DNA of 64,000 nucleotides from Hydrurus foetidus. Lineage: Eukaryota. The translations under genes were made by a program, and so were the position numbers. Shown here piece by piece: positions 9,581-18,970 of the stretch. The stretch covers positions 806,001 through 870,000 of the forward strand of contig UYFQ01000001.1 of the NCBI GenBank assembly GCA_900617105.1, read 5' to 3'. Each line of letters begins with the position of its first letter. Position 1 is the first letter of the stretch. The notes under the pieces were generated by a model. The model saw only the letters and a program-made list of their open reading frames with translations. It searched no databases and had not been told where the DNA came from.

Positions 9581-11863
9581 ATGACCATCCGTCAAAAATC
9601 GCTTTCCCCTCTTTTGCCTTGCGCTGTGGTGCTGGCACTTTCCATGGCCATGGCCAGTGCGCCTGCTGTCGCTAAAAAGAGCAACGCCAAGCCTGAGCTT
9701 GAAATCACTGAATCGGCACCTAAGCCATCCAAGCCATCCAAGTCCGAGGGGTTAGCGACTGTTTTTGAAAATTTGGCGACCAATACCTGGGTGGCGCGTT
9801 CGGTGGCTTTACCCGATGTAGGTTTGAGCACTGCTTTGGTTATGGGTGGTGCGCAAACTTTGCGCGATATTTACCTGCCAGTACCTGCAAACGTACCGTT
9901 GCTGGATGCCTCTATTCAGTTGAATGCAAGCTATATGCGCGCTGATCCAGGCCGCACCACACTGCTGTTGTCGCTGGACAATGCGGTGGTGGCTGCACGT
10001 GGTGTCACGCTGGAGCGCGGAGATGCCAGCCAAGTGATTGCTGTGCCTAGCACGCCACAGTCCAGTGGTTTTGTGCGCTTTGGCATTTCGTGGAATACCG
10101 TGATTCCCTTGAATGCCACAGACTCTATTTGTACAGATATGCGTTCTATGGGCAATTTGTTGCGCATAGAACCTACCAGCAAAATGACCTACCGCTTTGA
10201 TGCGGCAGCTGTTCGAGATTTATCTACGGCTTGGTCTGCGATGCCTCAAGCGCCAGTGATTTTGGTATCAGGCAAGGCGCTATCTCCCGATGCGTACGAC
10301 ACTGCTTGGCGCATTGGCTTGACACTGGAGCGTGCCGGTAAGCGCCCCTTTGTTGTGGCGATGCCCGCTGTGGGTCAAGAGGTTGATCTCAGTCGTTTGG
10401 CAGTACCCGAAAGTCTGCGCCGAATTTCATCGTTTGCTGCGCTCTCACAGGGTGGCAAACGGGTGTTGAAAGACGCTGCTGAAGTTGGCGCTTGGTTTGC
10501 GCTGAACCAAATCGGTGCATCCCATGCCGATGTGGTCGTTACCGATCGTAATCTGGCCGGCAATGTTCAGGCTGCATTGAATGCATTAGACGGTCAAATC
10601 AAGGCTGAAGCCCCAGACGCTGCAGCCAGCTTTGTGCAGTGGCGTACCCAGCGTTTGGATGCCATCACTGCCCCCACCGCAGCTGGTGAGATCCGCTTGG
10701 CGGTATCGTCAGGCGGTGCTTCTGTGGTGGTTGCCCCTGATGCTGGTACCAAGTTGGCTGAGGTGTTCGACACCCAGTGGCGCAAAGTGGCGGCTTCTAC
10801 GGCCATGGTGGTGAAGGCCGCTGATGTTCCCTCTGGCGAAGCCAACGCCGTATCACTCTCTGCTTTGGGTGCTGCCCCCAGCAGTTTTGACGTGATTGGT
10901 TACGGTGAATGGGTTGCTAAATTTGAAATTGGCGCTGGCATTCTCAAAGGGCGTCGACCTAGCGAATTGGTGATGGATTTATCTGCGGCACCCAGCACCT
11001 GGGGCACTGTACCTGTCGCCTCGGTGTTTTTGAATGAAGTGTTGCTGGCGTCCAAGCAAATGGAAGCTACGGGTAAGCGTGAGCGTCTGACTGCGATTAT
11101 TCCGAGTTACGCCTTAGGTGCGCGCAATGTGATCCGTGTGTCCTTTATTCGCCAATTGCTGAGTGACCGCTGCCGTGAAAACCCCGGTGCTTTTCCTGCA
11201 GCCGTCTTGGCCAGCAGCCATATCGTATTGGGAAATGAAAACCGTGATGACGACTTCACTGGCATGTCTTCTCGCCTGTCGCAAGGTGGCGATGTGCTGG
11301 TGCCCAATGCATACTTGGCCGATGCCCCCCAGAGTTTGTCGCGCTTGATTCGCATCAGTGCAGCAACCGATGTCTCACCAACTAAAGCTAAATTGATTGC
11401 AGTGGGCGGTGAAGGCAAAGCCAAACCGACAGCGCCGTTTTTGGCTATGGACATTGCGTTCCCCTCTGAAAAACGCAAAGTGGTTGTTGATAAAGGTCAC
11501 CTCGTACTTGCTGATGATGCTGACCGCAAGTTACTGGACATTGCTGGCTTGACGCGCATTGGGGCGGTGTCGGTAGAGCATGTGGACGGCAAGCCTGGCG
11601 TGATTTACCACACGGTTGCTGAAGACGTGGGGCGCTACGACAAACCTTTTCAATTGATGAATGGCAACTTTGCAGTGATTGGTCAAGAAGGTTTGGTTGC
11701 ACAGTTTGACTCTCGCAGTGGCTTGGATCGCCGCTTGTTTGAAGAGGTTAAGGAGCCTTGGTTCAAGCGCTACTTTTGGTGGGCTATTCCTGTGATCGCG
11801 ATCATCTTGTTCTTGGCGCTGCTGTTTGCTGCCAGCCGCTTCCGCCGTCGTAACAGCAAGTAA
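9581..11863 (+). CDS. BcsB-like periplasmic co-polymerase subunit
   Basis: Signal peptide; two jelly-roll-like repeats (IYLPVP..LLLSLDN..C; ASVFLNEVLL..NVIRVSF..C); single C-terminal TM helix with basic tail RFRRRNSK; lies just upstream of the synthase. Confidence 0.6.
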   Translation: MTIRQKSLSPLLPCAVVLALSMAMASAPAVAKKSNAKPELEITESAPKPSKPSKSEGLATVFENLATNTWVARSVALPDVGLSTALVMGGAQTLRDIYLPVPANVPLLDASIQLNASYMRADPGRTTLLLSLDNAVVAARGVTLERGDASQVIAVPSTPQSSGFVRFGISWNTVIPLNATDSICTDMRSMGNLLRIEPTSKMTYRFDAAAVRDLSTAWSAMPQAPVILVSGKALSPDAYDTAWRIGLTLERAGKRPFVVAMPAVGQEVDLSRLAVPESLRRISSFAALSQGGKRVLKDAAEVGAWFALNQIGASHADVVVTDRNLAGNVQAALNALDGQIKAEAPDAAASFVQWRTQRLDAITAPTAAGEIRLAVSSGGASVVVAPDAGTKLAEVFDTQWRKVAASTAMVVKAADVPSGEANAVSLSALGAAPSSFDVIGYGEWVAKFEIGAGILKGRRPSELVMDLSAAPSTWGTVPVASVFLNEVLLASKQMEATGKRERLTAIIPSYALGARNVIRVSFIRQLLSDRCRENPGAFPAAVLASSHIVLGNENRDDDFTGMSSRLSQGGDVLVPNAYLADAPQSLSRLIRISAATDVSPTKAKLIAVGGEGKAKPTAPFLAMDIAFPSEKRKVVVDKGHLVLADDADRKLLDIAGLTRIGAVSVEHVDGKPGVIYHTVAEDVGRYDKPFQLMNGNFAVIGQEGLVAQFDSRSGLDRRLFEEVKEPWFKRYFWWAIPVIAIILFLALLFAASRFRRRNSK

Positions 11864-11913
11864 ATGGGCAGTAATGCGTGTGATACGTGTAATACGATGA
11901 ACTGGCACTCACG

Positions 11914-14900
11914 ATGATGATGAATTCTTGGCAGTATTTCGCTGCCGATTACTACGCCAATTTGGAAGTGTTGGCGGCGGTACTGGCTGTTCTCATCATC
12001 ATCTCCGGTATTGACGATTTGGTGATTGACGTGTGGTACTGGTCGCGCCGCATCAATCGTTGGTTCACGAATCGCAAGACACCTTTTCGTCCGCTGACGG
12101 CCGTGCAACTCCAAGAGCGGGCCGAGCAACCGCTGGCGGTGATGGTGCCCGCTTGGATGGAATATGACGTGATCGCCGCCATGATTGAAAACATGGTGAC
12201 GGTGATGGATTACAAAAACTACGTTATTTTCGTAGGCACTTACGTCAATGATGCGGCCACTATCGCCGAAGTGGAGCGCATGCGCCGACGCTACAAGCAG
12301 TTGCGCCGAGTCGAAGTGCCTAACCCAGGCCCTACTTGTAAAGCGGATTGTTTGAATTGGGTCATTCAGGCCATCTTTAAGCACGAAGAGCACGCTGGCA
12401 TTGAGTTTGCCGGCATGATTTTGCACGACAGCGAAGACGTGCTGCACCCCTTGGAGTTGAAGTTTTACAACTATTTGCTGCCACGCAAAGACATGATTCA
12501 GTTGCCGGTGATGTCGCTGGAACGCAAATGGTACGAGTTGGTGGCTGGTACCTACATGGACGAGTTTGCCGAATCTCATGGCAAAGACATGCTGGTGCGC
12601 GAAAGCGTTTCGGGTGTGGTGCCTTCTGCAGGCGTCGGTACTTGTTTTTCGCGCAAAGCCATCTTGGCATTGAATGCAGAGACCCAAAACCAGCCCTTCA
12701 ATACGATGAGCTTGACGGAGGATTACGACATCGGCAACCGTTTGGCCCACATGGGGATGCGGTCTATCTTTGCGATTTTTCCCGTGCAGTTTTTGGTAAA
12801 ACAAGACCCTTGGTTTGTCAAAAGTGCGGTGCCTACGCAAGCCAAACTGGCTGATATGCCTTTGTGCGTGCGCGAGTATTTTCCTGACACGTTTCGTACC
12901 GCTTACCGGCAAAAAGCCCGTTGGACGCTGGGTATTGGCTTACAAAGTTGGGAGCAAATCAAGTTCACTGGCCCGCTGGTGGCGAAATACCTCTTGCTGC
13001 GTGACCGTAAAGGTGTGCTGACAGCGCTCATCAGCATGTTGGCTTACTTTCTGCTGATCCAGTTCGTGATTTTCCAAACTGCCGCATATACCGGTTTATG
13101 GACGGTGTACTACCCACCACTTTTTTCAATGGATGGTTGGTGGCCTTACGTGCTGCTGTTCAATGGATTTGCATTATTGAACCGCATTGGTCACCGCATG
13201 TACTTTGTCAGTATTTTGTACGGCTGGCGTCATGGTTTGATGTCGGTGCCACGCATGATCGTCAGTAACTTTGTCAACTTCATGGCGGTAGCGCGGGCTT
13301 GGAAGCTGTATCTGAATTACCTGTTCATGGGCAGCGCCATGGTGTGGGACAAAACCATGCATGACTTTCCGTCCGCCGAAAATTTGATCGTTCAGAAGCA
13401 GCGTATTGGCGATCTGCTGCAATCTTGGCAGGCCGTGGATGAGTCCACTTTGAAGAAAGCTTTGGAAGAGCAAGCCCGTGTGCAATTGCCTTTGGGGCGT
13501 GTGTTGGTGTCCAACGGCTGGTTGGACGACGAAACCTTGGCCGAAGTGATTGCCTTCCAGTCGGATCTGCCCCGTGCGAAGATGAATGCCGATCTCGTTA
13601 CTCAGCACACAGCACGTTTGCCCGGTGACTTGTGCATGCGTCTGCGTGCCTTGAGCTTGGGTGACAACGAGCAAGGCAAGCCTTTGGTTGCCGTGGCCAG
13701 TCCGCTGAATGCAGAGGCGTTGCAGCAACTGACAGCAGCGCTGGGGCGTGACCCTGTGCAGTGCATTGCCCGTGAAAGCGAAATTGCGGCGGGCCTTCGC
13801 CTGCTGCGTGGCGAAGAAGGTGCGTTCGGTGTGGGTGGGGAAACTGCGCCACAGACCCCGTTGCTGGGCGATTTGCTGATCGAGCGTGGTTTGGTGCAGC
13901 GGCAAGCCTTTGAGAAAGCCATGGACAAATACCGACCTCAACGTCATGGCCGGATTGGTGATTTCTTGGTAGAAGAAGGCGTTATTGACCGTGAAGTGAT
14001 TGAAAAGGTCGTTGCAGAGCAACGTAACTGGCAGTTACCTGCGGGCCCGTATGTCGCGAAACCCCTTGTTCAGCAAGCCCAGGAACCGGTGCTTGTTCAA
14101 ATTGAAACAGCACCGCTGCCTGTGATTGCCGTGGTGAAAGAAGTTCCAGTGGTTAACGCCGTTCAAGTTGCTGTACCAGTGATTGAATTTGTACCCACGG
14201 TGCTCGTTACCGATGCCATTTCGATTGAAAAGGTCGTGGCCGAGCAACGTAACTGGCAGATACCTTCAGGCTCGCATAATGAGAAACCTCTTGTGCAGCA
14301 AGCTCAGGAACCGGTGCTTGTTCAAATTGAAACAGCGCCTCTGCCTGTAATTGCCGTTGCGAAAGAAGCCTTAGTGGTGAATACCGCTCAAGCTGTACCC
14401 GCAATGCTCGTGACCGACACTGCTCCATCAGGCCAGCGTTATTTCTATATTGACCCCACGCTGGAGGCGCTCAGCCATCAAATGCCAGGGTTATGGCGTG
14501 CATGTGATTCTGTGATCGGTGTCATCCATGCTGCCGTAGGTACTAAAGCTCCCGTGGTTTTGCTTAGTTTTCAGCGAAATGATGTTTTGCGCGACCTCGC
14601 AGAAGCTGTCCACACCCTGCGTCTGCTGCTGGGTAAGCAGGCCAACATTGTGTTGGTGGAGCGTGATGCGTCTCTGCGTTTTCAGAGCGAAGTACTGCTC
14701 TTGCGCCTGGGTGCCAATTTAGTCATTCACCGGGAGGTTCCAGTAAACCGCATTCCTTTGATGCTAGAGTCTTTGCACGGGCAGGTCTTTAGCCGCGAAA
14801 TCGAGATGAAGTTTGAGGTGGCCTTAGCCAGTCTCATGACTTCCAATGAACGGGGGTATTTGCTTCCAGCACAGTTTGCTGCTGAAGCCGTCAACACCTT

Positions 14901-15471
14901 GGAGCGACTTGACATCCTTCACTTGCCGTGCGCCTTGGTCATCATCAAGCGCTCAGATGCATCTTCATGTGCTGTATTTTTGGATACTTTGCAGGTAACC
15001 CGATCCGGTGATTTGACAACGACAGATGGTGATAAGTGTTTTATCTTCTTTGGTTGTTGCCCAGCAAGCAGCATAGATAATGCCTTGCAAGCTGTTGGCG
15101 GCGACGGGGCCAAGTCGTTGTTTCAGGATGCACAAGTTGTAACGAACCGCTCTGATATTACGGCGTATCTTGATGCGTTAAGCCAAGTCGTACCCCTTCT
15201 AGCTGACAATGCCCCCGTTGAGGTAACACCTGACCCCTTGCTTGCTGCATCGCTGCCCGCTCCACCTTTGATGGCCGCTCTTTTATCTTCGATTCAGGTT
15301 CAAGCCGTGCCATCGTCCGAGGTTGTTGTCGCTGTGGCTCCGGTCAAACCGCAGGTTATTACCCCGCGTCCCGCAGCTTCCAGACCCAAAGTGCTTACCT
15401 CGCCCGGACCGGTTTACGCAACCTCCGCTCGCCAAAAAGCACGCCGAATATTCATTAATGAAGAGGTCTGA
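11914..15471 (+). CDS. nfrB: NfrB-type GT2 polysaccharide synthase with MshEN modules and a C-terminal BcsE-like domain
   Basis: VPAW.E, GPTCKADCLN, HDSED, TEDYD, REYFP and RQKARW motifs, WDKT.HDFP, RIGDLL/LGRVLV MshEN motifs, and a BcsE-like C-terminus with RSGD. Confidence 0.85.
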   Translation: MMMNSWQYFAADYYANLEVLAAVLAVLIIISGIDDLVIDVWYWSRRINRWFTNRKTPFRPLTAVQLQERAEQPLAVMVPAWMEYDVIAAMIENMVTVMDYKNYVIFVGTYVNDAATIAEVERMRRRYKQLRRVEVPNPGPTCKADCLNWVIQAIFKHEEHAGIEFAGMILHDSEDVLHPLELKFYNYLLPRKDMIQLPVMSLERKWYELVAGTYMDEFAESHGKDMLVRESVSGVVPSAGVGTCFSRKAILALNAETQNQPFNTMSLTEDYDIGNRLAHMGMRSIFAIFPVQFLVKQDPWFVKSAVPTQAKLADMPLCVREYFPDTFRTAYRQKARWTLGIGLQSWEQIKFTGPLVAKYLLLRDRKGVLTALISMLAYFLLIQFVIFQTAAYTGLWTVYYPPLFSMDGWWPYVLLFNGFALLNRIGHRMYFVSILYGWRHGLMSVPRMIVSNFVNFMAVARAWKLYLNYLFMGSAMVWDKTMHDFPSAENLIVQKQRIGDLLQSWQAVDESTLKKALEEQARVQLPLGRVLVSNGWLDDETLAEVIAFQSDLPRAKMNADLVTQHTARLPGDLCMRLRALSLGDNEQGKPLVAVASPLNAEALQQLTAALGRDPVQCIARESEIAAGLRLLRGEEGAFGVGGETAPQTPLLGDLLIERGLVQRQAFEKAMDKYRPQRHGRIGDFLVEEGVIDREVIEKVVAEQRNWQLPAGPYVAKPLVQQAQEPVLVQIETAPLPVIAVVKEVPVVNAVQVAVPVIEFVPTVLVTDAISIEKVVAEQRNWQIPSGSHNEKPLVQQAQEPVLVQIETAPLPVIAVAKEALVVNTAQAVPAMLVTDTAPSGQRYFYIDPTLEALSHQMPGLWRACDSVIGVIHAAVGTKAPVVLLSFQRNDVLRDLAEAVHTLRLLLGKQANIVLVERDASLRFQSEVLLLRLGANLVIHREVPVNRIPLMLESLHGQVFSREIEMKFEVALASLMTSNERGYLLPAQFAAEAVNTLERLDILHLPCALVIIKRSDASSCAVFLDTLQVTRSGDLTTTDGDKCFIFFGCCPASSIDNALQAVGGDGAKSLFQDAQVVTNRSDITAYLDALSQVVPLLADNAPVEVTPDPLLAASLPAPPLMAALLSSIQVQAVPSSEVVVAVAPVKPQVITPRPAASRPKVLTSPGPVYATSARQKARRIFINEEV
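13999..14418 (+). repeat. Intragenic tandem duplication, 225-bp period
   Basis: IEKVVAEQRNWQ.P.G....KPLVQQAQEPVLVQIETAPLPVIAV begins at 13999 and again at 14224 with high nucleotide identity. Confidence 0.9.
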
Positions 15472-15475
15472 ACGC

Positions 15476-18295
15476 ATGACTGTGAAAACGGAAACCTCGT
15501 TGCTGAGATGGCACCATGCCTTGGTGCTGCCGCTGCTGATGACAGGGAGTGTCTACGCGCAGCCTCAAGCTGTAGAACTGCCCTTGTCCGGCTGGTCTTT
15601 GACTTTGGCTGAGCAGGCGTTCACTGCCTATAAGCGCGGTGACTTTTCACAAGCGCATTCCATTGCCACAGAAGTGATGCGGATGCGCCCCGATGTGCAG
15701 AGCATTCGCCGTTTGGTGGCGGCGACGCAGGGTAAAGACAGCCGTCCTGTAGTCAGTGCCAAATCAATCAGCCCAGGCAGTGCGCAGGCTGTAGGTGCAG
15801 CCACATCGGCATTTACCATGTCGGTTGAAGGTGCACCGGCCATCAGCCGTACCCGCACAACCCGTGTTATCACCGAAGAGGAAGAGCGCCCTGAGCCCGA
15901 GGCTCGTGCGGCCAAAGTTAAGCCAACACCTGCACAACAGCGAGATCAAAAAGTCCGTGATACCGCAGTGCATGCTGGCACTGTGGCAAACGATAAAGTT
16001 CACGTTGCGCAAGCCTCTGCACCCATGTTGGTAACTTCGGGTGTTGAAAACGCGCCGATTGCCATGGCCCAAAAAGTCTATGATCAGATCAAAGCAGGGG
16101 ATGCCAAGGGCGCAGTTAATGCTGCAGAACAGGCTTTGCAAAAGTATCCAAACGACAAAAAGTTAGGAGAAGCTCACGTTAATGCGTTATTCGCGGCTGG
16201 GCGTGCTGAAGAGGCTGATCAAGCGGTCAGCCAAGCGATTCAAAAATTCGGATCAGACGACAGCTTGTTGGTCTTGCGGGAAAACATCCGTCGCCAATTA
16301 GCGGACACATCAACGTACAAGCTTTACCGTGCGCTAGAGCGCAATGAAGTTGAAGCCGCATTGCAAAATGCCCGTCAAACAGTGGCTTATGCCCCTGATG
16401 TGATGGGAAATCGCTTGCTGCTGGCACAGTTGCTGATGAATGCAGGTCAATACGATGAAGCCGAGAAAGTTGCGACAGCTGCGATCGCCATTGACCGTGG
16501 TGATGTGCTGCCTTTGATGCAGCGCGGCTATGCACGCCAGTTTCTTAAACGCCGTGCTTCGGCCATTGCTGACTTTGACGAAGTACTGACCCACAAAGAC
16601 CTTACCGCTGCCGAGCAAAAACACTACCGGGTCATCATGGCCGATGCCGCGCTTGCGGCGGGCGATTCACAAGCTGCACTCGACGTGTTGCTGCCTTTGA
16701 GCGACAAGCCAGCTGATGCTGCCGATACCATGGTGATGTGGCGTCGCCGTGCGGCGATGGCGCAAATCAATGCCGATTCCCGAGCCGGTGCGGCTGAAGC
16801 TGCTGTGCTTCGTCCCTTGGCATTGGAGTGTCGGGCAACGCCTTATGGTCGTGAATGCGATTTACTGCCTGCCGCCCCAGCAGGGGATCCTGCCTATGTT
16901 TTAGCAGCGGCGACTTACAAAGCGCTGGTGGAAAAAGACAACCGCTTGGCTCTTTCCGATGCAAGGCAAGCTGTTCGGCTGGATCCTGAGAACAGGGACT
17001 ACCAAGTCATGCTGCTCAATACGTTGGTTTTAAATGACCAGCTTGAAGAGGCCGATGGCATCGCAACAGAAGCTATTCGCCGTGGAAAACCGTCTGCACA
17101 GTTGCTTGTTCAACGAGGCGATATCCGCGCTAAATTGGGACAGAAGATCAATGCCGACAGCGATTATTCTGCTGCCTTGAAGTTAGATACTTTGCCCTTG
17201 ACGCAAAAGTTTGCACTTCAAACCCGGTTGAACCGCAAAGCGGATGCCCGTGCCACCTTGGATGAGGCTGAGAAAAAAGGTGAAAGTCTTGTCAGTTCAG
17301 ACCGTGAATTGGCGTACTTAGCGATCTCCGTTGGCGACGACACCAAAGCGTTGAATGCGTTTGCCCGCAGTGATAAGGTGCAAAAATTGGGGATAAATCC
17401 CCTGCAAGATGCCGCGTTCACTGCTATTCGTGCAGAGCAAGACCCACAAGCGATAGCGTACCTGACGCGTGCCGCTGACCTGATATACACCACCCCTCTT
17501 GAACTGCGCAGCAGCAGCGAATTGACCTCGCTACTGAACATCCGGCGCAGCATTGCACAGATTTCCCGCGAGTGGGGGGCTAATGCCTCCTTAAGCTACC
17601 GAGGAGCAGCGTCCTCACTGGGGTTGGGTGGCGCAACCAGCGCTACCAGCAATGACAGCCTTCAATTGGGGGCTGAAGTATATTGGCGACCTTTTGGCTA
17701 CCGCAACGGTAAGCTTTTTGAAGTTTATGCACGGGCCTTTGAAACGCCCTACAGCAAAGCAGGTGGTTTGACTGGCGCATCCAGCATTCAAGGTTCCGTG
17801 GGGTTGCGGTGGAAGCCTTTTGCCACAGAAAACTTTGTGTTCGCTTTGGGGCGTTTGTTTCCTGTTGGCTCCAAAATGGCCAGCGATACGTTGGCCCAAG
17901 TGGCGTATTTCAACGGATCAGGCGGTGAGCTTCGCACAGATTCTCCTTCTTGGTGGACGCAGCAGTACTACGCTGAGGCTGGTCGCTATTTTCAGCATCC
18001 TCAAACGTATGGCGCTGCGAATGCAAGGGTAGGCCGAAGCTTTCGCCTGGACAGCATCAGCTCTGATTTAGTGGCATTTCCCCATGCTGTTGTAGCGGCG
18101 GACTACAGCAATGCTTACACGCAACGCAGCGCTGTGGGGGTGGGGCCTGGGATTAACCTTCGGTATTGGTACCGTGAAGATACCTACAGCGCACATCGCT
18201 CCTACGTGGACTTTACTTTGCAGTACCGGGCTAAACTCTCTGGCGATGAGCAACGCGCCAAGGGCACATTCCTGACGCTGTTAACTTCTTACTGA
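15476..18295 (+). CDS. nfrA: NfrA-like TPR-repeat outer-membrane export protein
   Basis: Signal peptide, many TPR-like Ala-rich helices, and a C-terminal aromatic beta-barrel (GAEVYWRPFGYRNG, GLRWKPF, RYWYRED.Y.A..SYVDFTLQYR). GAGG RBS before ATG 15476; follows nfrB. Confidence 0.75.
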   Translation: MTVKTETSLLRWHHALVLPLLMTGSVYAQPQAVELPLSGWSLTLAEQAFTAYKRGDFSQAHSIATEVMRMRPDVQSIRRLVAATQGKDSRPVVSAKSISPGSAQAVGAATSAFTMSVEGAPAISRTRTTRVITEEEERPEPEARAAKVKPTPAQQRDQKVRDTAVHAGTVANDKVHVAQASAPMLVTSGVENAPIAMAQKVYDQIKAGDAKGAVNAAEQALQKYPNDKKLGEAHVNALFAAGRAEEADQAVSQAIQKFGSDDSLLVLRENIRRQLADTSTYKLYRALERNEVEAALQNARQTVAYAPDVMGNRLLLAQLLMNAGQYDEAEKVATAAIAIDRGDVLPLMQRGYARQFLKRRASAIADFDEVLTHKDLTAAEQKHYRVIMADAALAAGDSQAALDVLLPLSDKPADAADTMVMWRRRAAMAQINADSRAGAAEAAVLRPLALECRATPYGRECDLLPAAPAGDPAYVLAAATYKALVEKDNRLALSDARQAVRLDPENRDYQVMLLNTLVLNDQLEEADGIATEAIRRGKPSAQLLVQRGDIRAKLGQKINADSDYSAALKLDTLPLTQKFALQTRLNRKADARATLDEAEKKGESLVSSDRELAYLAISVGDDTKALNAFARSDKVQKLGINPLQDAAFTAIRAEQDPQAIAYLTRAADLIYTTPLELRSSSELTSLLNIRRSIAQISREWGANASLSYRGAASSLGLGGATSATSNDSLQLGAEVYWRPFGYRNGKLFEVYARAFETPYSKAGGLTGASSIQGSVGLRWKPFATENFVFALGRLFPVGSKMASDTLAQVAYFNGSGGELRTDSPSWWTQQYYAEAGRYFQHPQTYGAANARVGRSFRLDSISSDLVAFPHAVVAADYSNAYTQRSAVGVGPGINLRYWYREDTYSAHRSYVDFTLQYRAKLSGDEQRAKGTFLTLLTSY

Positions 18296-18304
18296 GTACC
18301 CTTC

Positions 18305-18970
18305 ATGCATTTATTGTTTCGCGTTGTCTTCATGGCTTTGGGGTGTGTTGCAGGTGTCTCGGCACTGGCTCAAAAACCTGCATTGGCCCAGTTGTATCCC
18401 GCAGCACCGCCAGAGGGTTCTTCGTTTGTTCGGTTTGTGAATCCTTCAAATGAAGCTGCCAAGGTGAGCCTTGCAGGCGTGGAGGAAAAGCAAGCGCTAT
18501 CGGCTGTGGGCAATATCGCCACCAGCTACAAAATGGTGAATCCAACCCGACCTTTGCAGGTGTTAGTGAACGGTAAATCTGTTTTGGGCGCTGTGAAAAT
18601 TGAACCCAACACCTTTGTGACGTTGGTCATTAAGCGCAATGGCGAGGACTACAGTTTGACGGCCCTGCAAGACTCAACCCAAGGACACAATGCGTTGAAG
18701 GCAGACTTGCGTGTCTACAACTTGGTCTCAGGATGCAGCTTGGCTGTGACGGCTGACAAAGACTTGAAAGTATTCGATAACCTCAACGAGGGCGAAACCC
18801 GTCGCCGTGCCATCAATCCGGTCGCCGTTGATCTGGCCGCCCTGTGTGGTAAAGCGGTGTCTGCCCCGCTAAGCTTGCCTCAGTTGCAACCTGGTTCGCG
18901 CTACAGTTTGTTTGTAACAGGTGAGGCTGCCAAACCGGTGCTCACGGGAAAACTTGATGCTGTTGAGTAA
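18305..18970 (+). CDS. AlgF-like O-acetylation accessory protein
   Basis: Signal peptide; LY..APPEGSSFVRFVN, KADLRVYNL and RRAINPVAV resemble AlgF. Confidence 0.75.
   Translation: MHLLFRVVFMALGCVAGVSALAQKPALAQLYPAAPPEGSSFVRFVNPSNEAAKVSLAGVEEKQALSAVGNIATSYKMVNPTRPLQVLVNGKSVLGAVKIEPNTFVTLVIKRNGEDYSLTALQDSTQGHNALKADLRVYNLVSGCSLAVTADKDLKVFDNLNEGETRRRAINPVAVDLAALCGKAVSAPLSLPQLQPGSRYSLFVTGEAAKPVLTGKLDAVE

Noticed and set aside
11770..14022. Long minus-strand ORFs (380 aa, 282 aa) opposite nfrB
   Set aside because: Antisense shadows with no recognisable motifs; similar shadows occur over most genes in the window.
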